Below are positions 38,433 to 51,442 of a stretch of 64,000 nucleotides of DNA, one piece after another (within the stretch, counting starts at the first letter, position 1; the number at the start of each line of letters is the position of its first letter). The translations under genes and the position numbers were made by a program. Source of the stretch: Phoronis australis (taxonomy: Eukaryota; Animalia; Phoronida); contig NMRA01000245.1 in NCBI GenBank assembly GCA_002633005.1, positions 544,009 through 608,008 on the forward strand. Direction: 5' to 3'. Under the pieces are notes generated by a model that was given only the letters and a program-made list of their open reading frames with translations, had not been told where the DNA came from and did no database searches.

Positions 38433-38570
38433 GCACCGCCCTAGTGCACCGCCCTAGTGCACCGCCCTAGTGCACCGCCCTAGTGCACCGCCCTAGTGCA
38501 CCGCCCTAGTGCACCGCCCTAGTGCAACGCCCTAGTGCACCGCCCTAGTGCACCGCCCTAGTGCACCGCC
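38433..38570. repeat. Minisatellite, 13-bp unit GCACCGCCCTAGT x~10.6
   Basis: Directly visible tandem array with one variant unit. Confidence 0.97.
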
Positions 38571-38990
38571 GGACATGGTTGCATGAATATACTGAGTTAG
38601 TGTCTCGTTAATTGGCACGGTTGAATAGAAGTTCTACTAATTTGGATACGACATAGGGTAAAAGGCACATGTCAATGATATTTGAAATAGAATTGTCCAT
38701 ATGTGATGACATTAAATGACAGGTGATTACAACTTGGTATAACGAATTTGTTTGAAGAAAACGTTTATTTTATCATGCAAAAAATTTCCATAACAACAGC
38801 TAAAGTACAAATTCCAAAACGGGTACACGTTGCCAGCATGGGTAGAAATATTATTGGGACTGTCTGAAGAGGGAGGCCAGGCAAATTCAAGTAAGTTTCA
38901 CTTGTTCCCACAGATACTGGCTCTTGCTCAACAGTTTCCTCACCAGAAGATTTCTGCATTAGAAAGTCGGCCCGTTTCACAGCACCTTGT

Positions 38991-39130
38991 AGGGGCAGAT
39001 CCAGAATTTTGAGTTAGGGGAGGCCAGGGCAGAGTATTAAAAAGAATTTTGCCTGTCAGACATTCGCACACCCGAACTCACATATGGAGAGAAGGCCATG
39101 GCCCCCTTGCCCCCCCCCCTCACCACCGGC
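38991..39130. mobile_element. MITE, inverted copy of the family at 63399
   Basis: aggggcagatccagaattttgagtt...cagggcagagtatta...ttttgcctgtcagacat. Confidence 0.62.
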
Positions 39131-39849
39131 TGGTACTTCTTCAATAGATTTGCACAATTCCTGTTCTTTTCAACAGGCATGTTTATCAGGGAATTTGGCT
39201 AAAATTAATCATTGCCAGTGGTTTAAAAATTTGATTTTTCAAACACTTTGGCTCCTCTGGAACTATATTCCATGTGTAAACTTATATTAGATCATCGAAG
39301 AAGTATGATAAAAATTCACCAAAGTAGATGTATGCTAAGTTTTCTGGTAGGCCTACCCATCCATGAACTCTTTGAACAGTGGTAGATAATCAGCCATTGA
39401 GTTGTGATGCCGAATTGTCTTTAAATACTGTGAATGGCCCATGCAATGTGACCCACATTCTGCTACAGTAAAGTCTTGATTTGCAAAATCTAGGCCAAAC
39501 TGCATTCCACAACGTTCTCTGTGTAATCACTTGTCTCAACTTAGTAAACAAGTAAGCCTACATCGTACGTAGGTCCCACAGACAAAGTTATGAGTCAGAC
39601 ACTTTACAGTGCCACAGCGAAATAGATTTGAATTTGACTGACGATGGTTAACACCTTTTTAGCTGCAACGTTTCTATACTATGAGGGGTTTGAGAGATAC
39701 CGCCTTCTTGTCGGTAGTTTAAGGAGGGGGAGGGGGGGTCTCTGCACCTATAAGGACTAGGAGGAGAAGCGTTGTCAAATCTGGAGGCTGAAATCTGAGT
39801 GAAAACAGAGAAGTTCGGAAAACCGGTCCCGTTAGTTTTAAATGTTTAC

Positions 39850-39946
39850 CACTTCGGGCCGCCAATGATCCATCTTCCCGACTGCACCAGAGGCCGTGTT
39901 CACCATCCTGTACAATGAAGTGGTCTTTTGTCTCGAAAAGCTCCAT
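39850..39946 (-). CDS. INPP5F: INPP5F/SAC2 phosphatidylinositide phosphatase, coding exon 1
   Basis: MELFETKDHFIVQDGEHGLWCSREDGSLAARS resembles the vertebrate INPP5F N-terminus (MELFQAKDHYILQQGERALWCSRRDGGL); GT donor at 39849, phase 1. Confidence 0.92.
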
Positions 39947-40532
39947 TTTTGGATACTTCTTCTCCGCACAGCTGATAAACAAAACAGTTCACCTGTTCAC
40001 GCCATTCCCACAAATCGATGAGAGCTCTCCATTAAAGAAGGAGAGTTTGGTAAAAATCAGTTCACTTCGCAATCGATAGATGGCAATAGCACAGCGGGCA
40101 TACTATGTCCACTGGAGGTTCAGTTCCACGCGCCGTTGATATACTCGGTGTTTAGTAATACCCCGGTGAATGTTGACAAGATTAAAAAATAAACTGATTG
40201 ACAAAAACGTTAAGCACTCAAATAAAAGAATGATAAAATCCGGTTTTGACCACCAAACGATACTGACAATAAGTAAAGTTATAGTGTAGCTACTGAGACA
40301 GCCTGGGCTTCAACTGCATTATGACTAAAAAATGAATGAAAAGCCTGTGACGCAGTTTGGCTCTCCATCAATGTCATCCGTATGCTGAAAAATTATTTTT
40401 GGATGGCATTTTGAGGGTACCGGAGCCTCTAGTTCAACATCGCGAATTTTGCTTCTAATACACATAACAACTGAGATTTTTGTTTGCTCATTAACTCGGC
40501 TTTAGGCCCGTTTTTCAAAAAAATGGTCTTTT

Positions 40533-40872
40533 AGCGGAATTTGGACCCCCCCCCCTTGGCTGCCGCAAAAAATAAAACAGCAAGAGTGTAGGGAAATATA
40601 GAGTTTATTAATTAACCCCGGTAATTAAAATTACATGGCTCAAACAAGATTTAAATGTGAGCAGTTTTAGTGTTTGGGGGGGGGGCTCAGATCCAAATTC
40701 AAGCGTCAAATTCGGAACACGGCGCAATCGTAACGGAACTATGGCTAAGTATAGGCTCTCCCGACCTCCTCCCATTCGGTGCTATGCGCATCTACAATCG
40801 TGCCGTTGAGCAAATGTTTCAGTACAGACAGAATGTTGCCCCCCCCCTAGTGATATCCTAGATCCGCCACTG
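40533..40872. mobile_element. MITE, same family as 31056-31324
   Basis: Shared internal sequence and terminus atcctagatccgccactg. Confidence 0.68.
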
Positions 40873-43800
40873 TTGCCTGTCCGAAAACCAAATAGGTGTG
40901 ATTTGTGGGCGTGGAAACATTTAGTAGCTTGTAATTGCTTGCCAATGAGATTAGGACTGACAGATTGACTTCACTATAGTCACGGCCACGTCACTCGACT
41001 GTCGTTATACATTGACTGCTGGAGGATTGACGGTCTTGAGCAATAATCCAAAAATCAATTCTATTTTGAGTTAAGAACATAAATACTGAGACAGATTTTA
41101 AAGTGATAAGTGGTTTAAAACAACAACTATTTTTGACGAAACGCGGTTTTATCTTTTGACGCTTCAGTTATTACTTCCGTATGAGAAAAATGCATTGTGC
41201 TTATTTGGATTTTTCCAGTTTCAAGTTTGCAATTTCTGCTTGATTTACAAGTGTTGTATGGAACTTTTAAGACATATGGATTGCCTGTAAGCAACGAAGT
41301 GCCTTGTGCGAAAAAGTTGTATTTGTTCGGATACAGTAGCGTAACAAAAATACACAAAAGCATGAGTTCTAAATGGTTCACTTTCTGGAGGAGAACCGTT
41401 CTCCCACTTAAGCACCAGGTTAAAAAGGAACCACATAAGCACACTTTCTCGCCCGCGCACGCACGAACTCCCTCACCCCCGCCCTCCCGCCCGCACGCAC
41501 GCACGCACGTATGCACGCATGTACTACGCACACACGCTAACATGGCTATTGATGCTGATGCTGGAGGACATACATGAACAACAGATCAGAGGTTAGCAAA
41601 ATCACCACCGTGTTTACAAATATATAAATTTGAAACGCCCCGGCAGCGAGACTAAACGAACCAAAAACAGATATACCGGTAGGCCTATGTCACTGCTCAC
41701 ACCTGCACTGACCTAAACAGAAACTTAATGATCAACTGTTATAACCTATTAAATGACCCAACAAGCATTCCATCAGTGTCCTAGTTTGATTTTCTGTTAA
41801 AAGGGTGTTCCAGGAAGGTACTTTAGTTTGGTATATTAATTGCCTTAAAGATGTATTTGGATGCTCTTAATGTATAGCAGAAACTAAACGACAATGCTAA
41901 ATGAACACAATCTACATTAAACAAAGTGAAGTTGTATTCATTGACAACTTGTAAATGTGAAAACAAAAAATTCTGCAAACAGGTGACCTTTGCACTAATG
42001 ACGTACATCACGGGCTCACACAGACCGCATCATGCAATGTTATTCCTCCGCACTACATCACGATACTTACGGGACACGGTTCAGTCATTTGCGGCGGATC
42101 ATTTTCGCCACAAAACTCGTTTGGCAATTTTCAACCTACAGTAATTCACATTCACATTTTCGCTACATGTTGTGTCTCTAACTAATTTGACCAAGCAATC
42201 ACAGATATAAGGAATTAGCCAGCAAGCTCCTCTGACAGGTAATGAGTTGTATTCAGCACAGGCAGCAGAACGTTTATCTCACTACTCAAGAATTTCAGAC
42301 TTGATTCCTCGCTGGGGGTGATCTTAGAAAGAATATTGTCATTTTATCTACGAGAATGAAAACGAAAATAAAGAGATCTGTTTGTCCTGGATATGGTGAA
42401 AATGACGTGATCATGTCAGCACCAGTGTTCAAGTATCGAAAAAATATTTCAAAAAAAATTTGGTTAACTGGAAAATATTTACGGTCTATTGTGAAAACAT
42501 CAAATTCCATTTGTTTATACCATATCAAATAATTTATTAGAAATATTGAAACAGCTGCTCCCATGTGAGGTCAATGAGTTGTTCAGCAACTTGAGAACCT
42601 GCTAAAGTGTCGAAGGCTCACTTTGCCACGCTGTTCTGGCATCGCCGTCAGTTTGGCCCGAGCCTGCTGAATTACAGTCAAACCAGCCTGCCGCCGTGAA
42701 ATTAAAGTAAAGGATTTTTTTGTTGATGGAACCAATTTGTGTCCTTGTTGGAGGGGCAGACTGTTCGTAAGTTGCTCGACGTCATTTTCATGTCCATTAC
42801 ATTCCGCTGTGTCAAAACAGATCGATAGGAGCGCACTTCCAAAAATGAACTAGGCTGAGTTTATGGTAAAAACTTCAAGTAGTTAGTCTAAGTATGATGC
42901 TTTGACCAACAAAGTTGTAAAAACTTGTGTTTTCAGAAGTTAGTAAGGTCATGAAAAGTTTGTTCCAAAAACTTGGACTCAGAAATTTCAAGTTCCGAAA
43001 AAATTCCTTCAACGGTTGAAGAGGACGCGCCTACCCTTTGGTAGGAGTTATATGTCTACTGAATTAACAGAACAGCTTCGTAGCAGCACAGACTGGGACG
43101 CGGACGTGCTGTTTTGTAAAAATAGAAATTAAAAAAGTATACTGGCTTCTGATGAATTACGCTACAGGGCTGGACTCGTAAGTTCCTAATTGCACCAGAG
43201 ACTACTCTTGACGTAGGCCTACGGCCTGATCACAGGTGGTCATAAAAATAATAAAAAAAAAACTTTGCAACCAAGGCTGGCCCTCTCAACAAAGGCACAG
43301 ATTGGTGATTGGTCACCTTTAAGCAACAATTGGTGTGGTTTAGTATAATTCCACTTGCGGATACAGACAATACAGTCCGATGACTTACTTTATTTTAGGC
43401 TTTCACGAAGACCGGTGACTGCGCGATGGAAGCCGGACTAGCACCGTGTGCCAAATCCTTGAAGTATTCAGCTAGTACACGGTACATAAAATTATCTCCA
43501 AACACGCATTTTTATAGTCTAAATTATGCATTATCATTGATGTGTTTTCAATGTGTGCCTGGGCGTGTCAGGAACATACTGGCCGGAATAGGTCGACTGT
43601 CACTATTTCGTTCGATATAAAATAAATTAATACTAACCCGCTTAGCGTGTAATGCGCTCTATTTTAATCGTACGAGCCTGGTGTTTTTATGGAACTTAAA
43701 CACACACAAAGGACTACCAGGTTAAGCAAGCACAAAATTTAGACCCCACCATGTAAAATGCCAGACCCCATATGTCGTCTTGCAACGCTGAAAACTCGAA

Positions 43801-44448
43801 CTCAGGTCATTTTTTCTCGGCTGGGGGTCTAAATTTAACGCGTTTCAACACGTGAAAAAAGAAACACCACGACTGGCAGATACTAAAAACTTGCTTGGAC
43901 AGATAAATGAAGTGTAGAAGTTTTCCTGTAGTCAAGCACTGGCTAATGCCGGTTTGGGTTCGATGTCAAGATCGACTCTTTTTGCTCGGGGTGCCACCTC
44001 TCAGAAGATGCCTAAGAAGGAAAACTGTGGGGAAGGCGGAATTTGTCCAGTTCTGTCAGTTCTTGTCAGCCTACACCGCTCGTTAAGATCAAGTTGGAAC
44101 CATTTTTAGAGTAACTGACTGAAATCAAAAGCTGGTCTTCTTCACAGAAGACAAGTTACTTGGCATAAAGCACAAAACTGACTGGAAGTGTTTGCAAGGG
44201 AAATTGCAGGGTGTCTAAGTAATTTTTGCCTAGTTTTCTAAAAAGTTTGCCAATGAGCCATGCTAATATATAATTCCCCTCAAAAATTTAGTTGATTCCT
44301 AGATTGTGCCGTGATGGCACTAAACACTGCTGCAGTCGGTCCTACTTGGTCCACAGACTCTGCTTGGGGTAGGTGGAGTGTCTTGAAAACAAGCTGGACT
44401 ATATTGAAGGGGAATGTCAGCTAAATAATGTCATATCACGAATTGCGG

Positions 44449-44522
44449 AGCTGGGCATCAGCATGTCAGAATCAGCTGGGCATCAGCATGTCAGAATCAG
44501 CTGGGCAACACCATGTCAGAAT
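44449..44522. repeat. 25-bp tandem repeat x3
   Basis: agctgggcatcagcatgtcagaatc units. Confidence 0.93.
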
Positions 44523-45182
44523 GGTGGTCAAATATTGACTATAAACTAGTCTTATTGAAAATCAGTAGACAAACTCTCACTCAGACGGGATTACCATTGA
44601 AAGGTCCCACTGAGTATGCCAAAAAGAAATGTAATTAACATAAATATTTTCTAAAGATAAGAAATTTCGATTACTCTACAATCCTTTTCCACACAGCGCA
44701 AGTTCACGATAAACCACCAGGAGTATTTATTAGCAACAGTCGAGACCAATGAATCAAATAGTTATGGCACATGAATTATCACAGAAATATAGATGTTTAC
44801 ATGACTAGGACGTTACTTCCCAGCTTTAGTCCCCAAGACTGGAACTTGGAGGAATTATACTTAATCCAAATCTCACAGCCTCGATACAGGAAATAACTGT
44901 TGACAACATAGAATTCTTTAGTTATCCCAAATATTGAGCAATAAACTGTACAAAATTGACAAAATAAAAATCTTCAACTTCCATCACAATCAAACCACAC
45001 ACATGAGCCTCTTCTGTAGAACAAAGTAGCACACCCATCATGTTTTCCCATCAAATCATCAACTCCAACGGGAAATAACTGTGTGGGTTATTAGCCAGTA
45101 GTTATCTGTAGTTCAGGCTTGTATTGGGATAACAATAATAGCTTATTGTTCATGTTTTGTCGATAAATACAAGGCACCATCG

Positions 45183-45543
45183 CTACACGTCTGAAGCTTT
45201 CCTATACTTCCAAAATCCAACCGTTTCTTCCTTTCCAACATTGGCACTGCCATCCGTTGCTTGTTTAATCACTTCCCCTTTACTAACAGCACCCTCTATT
45301 GTTCTACTGCATAACTGTTCTGCTTGTCCTATGGCTATATCCGACCGAAAGTGAGGCATTTGTAAACTGAGGACTGGAGCTATCATATTGAACTTATCAA
45401 TAAGTTTATTGAGCCGTAGCAGTTCTTCTTTAAACTCATTCACGTAATTGCGCCATAATTTGTTCTTTCGGGGATCTAAAGGTGGCGCTCCTAGAGTATG
45501 GCGACGATCAAACAAAGTCTTTCTGGCCTCCCTGAATGCCACC
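45183..45543 (-). CDS. DNAJC28: DNAJC28 terminal coding exon 6
   Basis: tttcAG acceptor; VAFREARKTL...LNKLIDKFNMIAPVLSLQMPHF...KASDV*, compare [22 protein letters not shown]. Confidence 0.92.
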
Positions 45544-46423
45544 CTGAAATAAAGGATTAACATATCATTGGACAGCAAATAAAGAAACACCGAACGCAAA
45601 ACACAGTAAAATATACTGGCAGGCACCTCAGGCCAGCAAAGTGCCACACACCTAGACATACTAATTCATTTATGCTAGCATTAAGTCAAACTGTTAAACA
45701 GGGCTCCTTAGTTCATGGTTAAATCACTGCTACCATACTCGAGTGCAGTAAGCTGTGTCTAGACAGTGACCACCCAGTTGTTACCTTTGCACACTCTGTT
45801 TTTTTTCATGAGTCCTGGCTAGGTCAACTGGGCCATCATGTTTCAGTCAATGTGCGAGGTTTTAGCTGATGGTACCAGGCATTACCTGAGCTTACTAATT
45901 TGATTAATTACACTAGATGGCAATCACCTCTTTCATGGGTAAAGGTGCTGCTTCTTTAATGTGGCCAATCATCATCACTTAAATCAGCAATGTTCCATGT
46001 TTCTGCGATGTTTAAGGATCTATGGGGCACCACTCTGTGTTTTCTTCATTTGGTTTATTGTTTCAAATCAACAAATTAAACGTAAATCCCTTTTAGAGCA
46101 ATCAGGCGAATTGGATGGGTTTCTGTAGCGCATGAGTATCTTTCAAGTTCTACTCGACAGACGCTAGACCACTGCAGGTTACATCCCAGCCATAGCCAAA
46201 CACAACCACTTATCTGCAGCTCTCAGAGGTTGACTGCACAACCTTTTGGTTTTGGGAGTTCACCGCACTCACCAATGACTCACACTGGTACTGCTTTGAA
46301 CTAATTGTTTTTTGCATGTGTCAATCCTCATACTCAAGATCTCCCATATTTCTACAAACGGTTAAATAGATTTATTCATAGTCTATTTTTGTCTGAACTC
46401 TTCCAAAATTGTAAAATTCTTAC

Positions 46424-46624
46424 TTAATTTCTTTCTCCATCGTAATCCACTCAGGGGCATACCCGTTATTGATCAATATTTTGTTGATATTGTGAGTCAT
46501 GGAATCGACTCCATACGGCACGTAAGAGTCCTTCAGAGGTTTCCCCATGCCCGATAAGTTGTCAAACTCTCCTCGCGTCATTGACTCCTGAATCAAGTCT
46601 TCCACTAGCCTTGCCATTCCTCCG
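46424..46624 (-). CDS. DNAJC28: DNAJC28 exon 5 (DUF1992-type conserved domain)
   Basis: [26 protein letters not shown]...[18 protein letters not shown], the diagnostic DNAJC28 C-terminal conserved domain. Confidence 0.95.
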
Positions 46625-46985
46625 CTGGCATGAAAGACAAAACGCATAGAGCTAACCAACGGAGACTATTCTGTACTTTCATTTTTTAAAAGTTCCAAAG
46701 TTCGGTCATTAAAGGCAACCAGGCAAACCATTTTAGCTGGACAGCAGCAATTAAAGTTCATGATCTTTTTTGAAATATGCTAATTTAAGAGATTCTTTGC
46801 ATTTCACTTTTATAATTAAAATTGCAACCAAAAGTTCATGAAAAAGATGGCACACATATGCGGTCAGCCCTTAGAGAAACTGATGTTTTCAGCTGTCCTC
46901 GCTCATCCCACTGATTGAGACTAGAGAACTTTGAGACCAGACCATTGATAAAGAACTTAATTAGCATAGATCTAGCATTAGTTAC

Positions 46986-47152
46986 CTTTTCTTAATTTGG
47001 TCAGCAGCAGATTTGTTGGCAACAATGAGTCGATCTTCGTACTTTGCTGTGTACTTCTGCTTGTGATGTTCAAAGACATTCTCCGTCGCTCGTTCAACTC
47101 TGTATCTCTGGTATTGCTTGTGTCGCTGACTAGGTGTGCCATAACCAATACC
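46986..47152 (-). CDS. DNAJC28: DNAJC28 exon 4
   Basis: GIGYGTPSQRHKQYQRYRVERATENVFEHHKQK..., compare DNAJC28 GIGFGTPTQREKHYRQFR. Confidence 0.92.
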
Positions 47153-47696
47153 CTGCAAAAATTAATTTTTGCATCGTTCAATTTCTGTGTCCAAAATTCA
47201 AGAGTGGCTGAAAACAGGGAAATGTTTACTGTGAATCGATGTATGACAAAACTTGACATGTTTAATTTGGGACAAAAACGACTGCACAGTTTGTTATTTT
47301 ATTTATGTCAAATCAGTTATTCAGTACACAAGACCACCGATTCAAAAGTACAAAGTTCCAAATACTCAACATTATGTTGCATTGTACAATATCGTTTGCC
47401 AAATGTATTAACTTCACAGAGGACTCATACCAATCTCTTAAAAAACTTATGAATATGTATGAGTAGGATTATCCCAAACATTGTTGCCAAAACAAATAGA
47501 TCTATGACCAAAGAATATGTCTAATTTGCCATCAAAAAGGGAAATTCACCTTCAACACCCTGATAGTTACACAACACATTTGATAAATTCTCATAAATTC
47601 TCCTCTGTCAGTCATTGTTCAACTGCAATGGATAAGTAAAAATTTGAGTATCATTAATGCAGCCATTAAAGCATTTGGCTACTGCTTCGTCAGTAC

Positions 47697-47807
47697 CTCA
47701 TATGTTAAGTATTGCCTGTGCTGTGGCGCTGTATGCTTCAAGGGTTCCTCCTGCGATGACTCATCATCCTCCTGCTGCAAGGGAGACTTCCTCTTCTGTT
47801 TAGATGC
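47697..47807 (-). CDS. DNAJC28: DNAJC28 exon 3
   Basis: ASKQKRKSPLQQEDDESSQEEPLKHTAPQHRQYLTYE, compare DNAJC28 KTPQHRHYLSFE. Confidence 0.9.
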
Positions 47808-48138
47808 CTGAATGCAGAAACAATAAAATCTTAGAGATCTAAGATAACTTGAAGTCACACACTCACCATCTCCACGATTTTCGATGCCAAAAACTTCTGA
47901 AAGTAAATTAGTTACTTATAAACTCATCACAAAATTTTTAAGTCCGGTCTGCATGCCACCTGTTGAACACATTACGTGAACTTATGAACATGATAAGATT
48001 TCTGCCTCCGACCGAGACTTGAACGCAGGACCTCCAGTCTGCTAACCGTGGAGACCAGTCTTAAAATGTTTGTGATCACACCGGTTCAAGATTTACATGT
48101 TTATATGTCTGATCTGATATGGGAAAACACATGCATCA

Positions 48139-48272
48139 CATGTAAACACACCATGTGAACATACCATGTGAACATACCATGTGAACATACCATGTGAACA
48201 TACCATGTGAACATACCATGTGAACATACCATGTGAACATACCATGTGAATATACCATGTGAACACGCCATG
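48139..48272. repeat. Minisatellite, 13-bp unit ACCATGTGAACAT x~10
   Basis: Directly visible tandem array. Confidence 0.97.
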
Positions 48273-49043
48273 CATTGGGATGACCGTTTTTAGCTCCATG
48301 GCAAAGTCTACAACATTACCCTTTTTTAAATATTAATTCACGAAAATAGACAATTACATCAATCAAGTAACTAGAATTATACACACATTCATGCTTCAAA
48401 ATAATAGGTATTTTTTATCATTGTTTCAAATAATTTTAGGGTTTCCCAAAACACTGTATTACGTGGTTTCAAATTTTTCGAAAGGAGACTATTTCTAATC
48501 ACAGCATAGTTAGATATTTAAATGCTATGTAGGTGAATGTACTTTTGTCCTTAGTGCACTGATAAATAAAATATCGACACAGGGTTAATATACTATTGAC
48601 CTCATCAAAATTACATCAAAAATATGCACATCCTTGTCTAAGTTTAAATTGCATATCTTGTGCAGTTATGTTGGCTATTAATATCTGAACATCATGACAC
48701 AAGGCTTTGACAAGTACATTCATTCTGACCAATAAGAGAACATTAGGGAAGTTCCATATATATCTCAATTTAAGAAAATTGAATTTAAAACTAATCAAAA
48801 TGCTAAAGATCACGATTCTGAGGGAGACAGTGGGAAATCGATTCAACTGACCCCTTTTACTGGCATGCCATCTGCAGGTCAGACTGTGAGTAAGTCATGA
48901 AGTTTCCCACAAAAACTCTCAATGTATATTCACAGTTAAAATTTTGTCTGTAATACTAAATGTTTATAATACATCATTATACAAATCAAGCATCTTGTCT
49001 AACATCGATGTGAAATTAGAAGAGGATCAGAATAAAAGCTTAC

Positions 49044-49280
49044 AAGGATAAACTTGTAACTGTCCTGAATTTTTAGAAATTTTGATGTGTCGGCCATTTT
49101 GCTCCCCGAGTCAGGATGATATTTCTTAGACAATCCGATGAAAGCGTCACGGACCACCGATTCATCACTGTCTTCAGGAATACCAAGATCTGCATAGCAA
49201 TCACTGAGTGAGTTGAACGAGCGCAACAGACGAATGAAGGACATCTTCAAACAGCCTTCCTGGCGAGGTAGAAGGCTCAA
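49044..49280 (-). CDS. DNAJC28: DNAJC28 exon 2 (J-domain)
   Basis: ttttcattgcAG acceptor; CYADLGIPEDSDESVVRDAFIGLSKKYHPDSGSKMADTSKFLKIQDSYKFIL with the HPD motif; GTaagc donor. Confidence 0.92.
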
Positions 49281-50018
49281 CTGCAATGAAAAATGAAGAG
49301 CAACGTTCTAATATTTAAATAGCATACAGATGTCATGAAAATTTCTTGAAAAGATGATTTTTTGTAAAGTTAATGAAGTATTGGCCCTTTCCATTTATTA
49401 AAACATTCAAGTGATGATGCTCATAGCAAATGTGTTTTCAGTAGTATATATATATCTTAAAAGCTGTCGTGGTAATGTATTATATTTTTACTGAAACATG
49501 CACATATGCTCATAGAGTTATAATTAACACATACCATTACTCTGGATACAATTTAGTCAACATAATTTGAACATATCTATGAAAATCTGATTGCGATTCG
49601 CTAGAGTTTCTCTCACCAAGTGCCATTTTGAAGAATTTACGTGAAATCACGTCTATTGACGAACAAAAAGTCCAAGGGACACAAATCTAACAAATTTCTC
49701 CTGACATCTTCTCATGCTCTTTTGCAAGTGTCACGCGCTTCGCTCAGTCTCGCGCTAGCCTTTGCCTAACTCACGTGACTCAGATGAAATATTTTGTGGT
49801 TATCGCGCGCACAGTGAAAAAGTTAACGGTGACCAAAAAATTTAAGTTGGAATTCTTCGCCAAAGTCACCTGAGCTCGACCGTGCAGATAAAACTCGTGA
49901 TGAGCTACGTAACAATCGCACGGAAATCCTCTCTGACATTCAGAAATCGGAAATGGGATCTGACCTCGTTGATCAAATTTTGTGAGCTCGACCGTGCAGA
50001 TAAAAGTCACCTGAAGGT

Positions 50019-50780
50019 AATTGTTTACAATATGATGACACTGACCCACACACATGATTTTGGTAACGTTCCGATTCCTCGCAACATTATCTTTCCAAAA
50101 ATATAGGACTGTATCCCCTACAGCGATTTCTCCGTATTTTATAGTCAAATTTCGGTTCGCACTATTTCCCGGTTGACACCGCCATCTTAGCTCAACTCAA
50201 GATTACAGCGACACCTGTTGTTAATGAATGAAACAGCATCATCGATTCTAAAAGGTGTTTGCCTGTGCGAGATTCCCGCTAAAATTTTCCTGACATAATA
50301 TGGAGGAACAAGAAGTGGCATTTCACCTTTTCCAATTATTTAAAATTGTGACCATTTGACCATTTGACCATTTTTCCATAAAATTGTCTGAAGTGATACC
50401 CTTTTCACCAATTTGGACCTCGTGGATTGAGTCGGCTCGCAGATGCGTACCAGGGTCTCCATAGGATCGAATTTGATCCCTTGGGACCGTAACTCGGACA
50501 AAGGATAGACGGGTCTCGGACAGTTTGAACTCATGAAAAGCAATGATCTGCAGAAGTCGGTAGATTAGTCCAGTTTTTGACCGCCAGGGGACACCCTCCA
50601 TTCAACATGGCGGTATACTACCCAATACTGGGAAATAGTGCGAGAAGAAATTTCATGATAAAATACAAAGGGAACGGGGTAGGAAAAATTTCTGTGAATT
50701 TTTGGAAAGATAACTTTACAAGGAATGGAACGATACCAAAATCATATGTGTAAGTCAATGTCGTCATATTGTAAACAATT
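50019..50780. repeat. Diverged ~170-bp inverted repeat (50019-50188 / 50604-50780) with ~415-bp spacer, in DNAJC28 intron 1
   Basis: Both arms read ATGGCGGT..GGGAAATAGTGCGA..ATAAAATAC..TTTTGGAAAGATAA..GGAACG.TACCAAAATCAT.TGTGT..GTCA.TGTC.TCATATTGTAAACAATT outward. Confidence 0.85.
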
Positions 50781-51179
50781 GCCCACCTGAATTCTCATAG
50801 CTATGATCCATCTGTAGAAGCAGAAAGGATCACTGAAGAAAGTAAGCGCCTTTTTACATGGTAGTTTTAAGAGAAGACTGTATTTTTGACGAGGTGAAAA
50901 CTCTTAATCGGTGAGTGGGTTTCATCTACTGCCTCATTTAAAATACACGGGACGAAATTAGTACAGAAAGCGATGGGAAGTATGGAGCCCCAACCGGCCA
51001 ACCGAACGAGGGCTATCTGTTGCCTAACAGATGTCAGTACGAGGCTATAAGACAGACAGGAAAGTGTTAAAAACATCGTCCGAGATAAGCTCCCGTGCCT
51101 AAAATGCAGGACTACTATGACCAATACTTTTTAGTTACATTTCTGTTACATATTGACAAAAAATCAAATGCATTTTTAC

Positions 51180-51227
51180 CATTAAAGCCAACTTTCGATG
51201 AAAATCACCTCTCTGTGCGACCATCAT
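51180..51227 (-). CDS. DNAJC28: DNAJC28 putative coding exon 1 (copy in left repeat)
   Basis: ATG ATG GTC...TTA ATG|GTaaaa gives MMVAQRGDFHRKLALM, phase 0, in frame with the acceptor at 49280; basic/hydrophobic presequence-like N-terminus. An in-exon-2 start at 49244 is an alternative. Confidence 0.62.
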
Positions 51228-51442
51228 GATGGACCGGATGTTGTGGTCTCGTAATTGCAACAACTCGAATTTTTTTACTGGGAAATGTGCCTCGATTATA
51301 TTAATACAAATAAATCATCTGTAATGCTCAGAATATGTGTCACATATTGAAATGATTTCATTTATAAGTACGTTGATGACAATTACCCGTTTAAACATAA
51401 TTCGAAATTGCATTTAAGTTGACATCAGGAAATAGATAAATT
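51228..51442. promoter_or_regulatory. Putative bidirectional promoter and 5'-UTRs of DNAJC28 and PYM1 (repeated at 54475-54689)
   Basis: 215 bp between divergent start codons; contains a ctgggaaatgt motif resembling ZNF143/THAP11-type sites. Confidence 0.6.

Noticed and set aside
38433-38570. CRISPR-like array (also 48139-48272)
   Set aside because: Contiguous tandem units with no unique spacers, eukaryotic context, no cas genes
46997-47452. 151-aa plus-strand ORF and other 60-160 aa ORFs in the track (e.g. 17278-17646, 41127-41577, 60713-61024)
   Set aside because: Antisense shadows of real exons or repeat/low-complexity-derived frames with no recognisable domains
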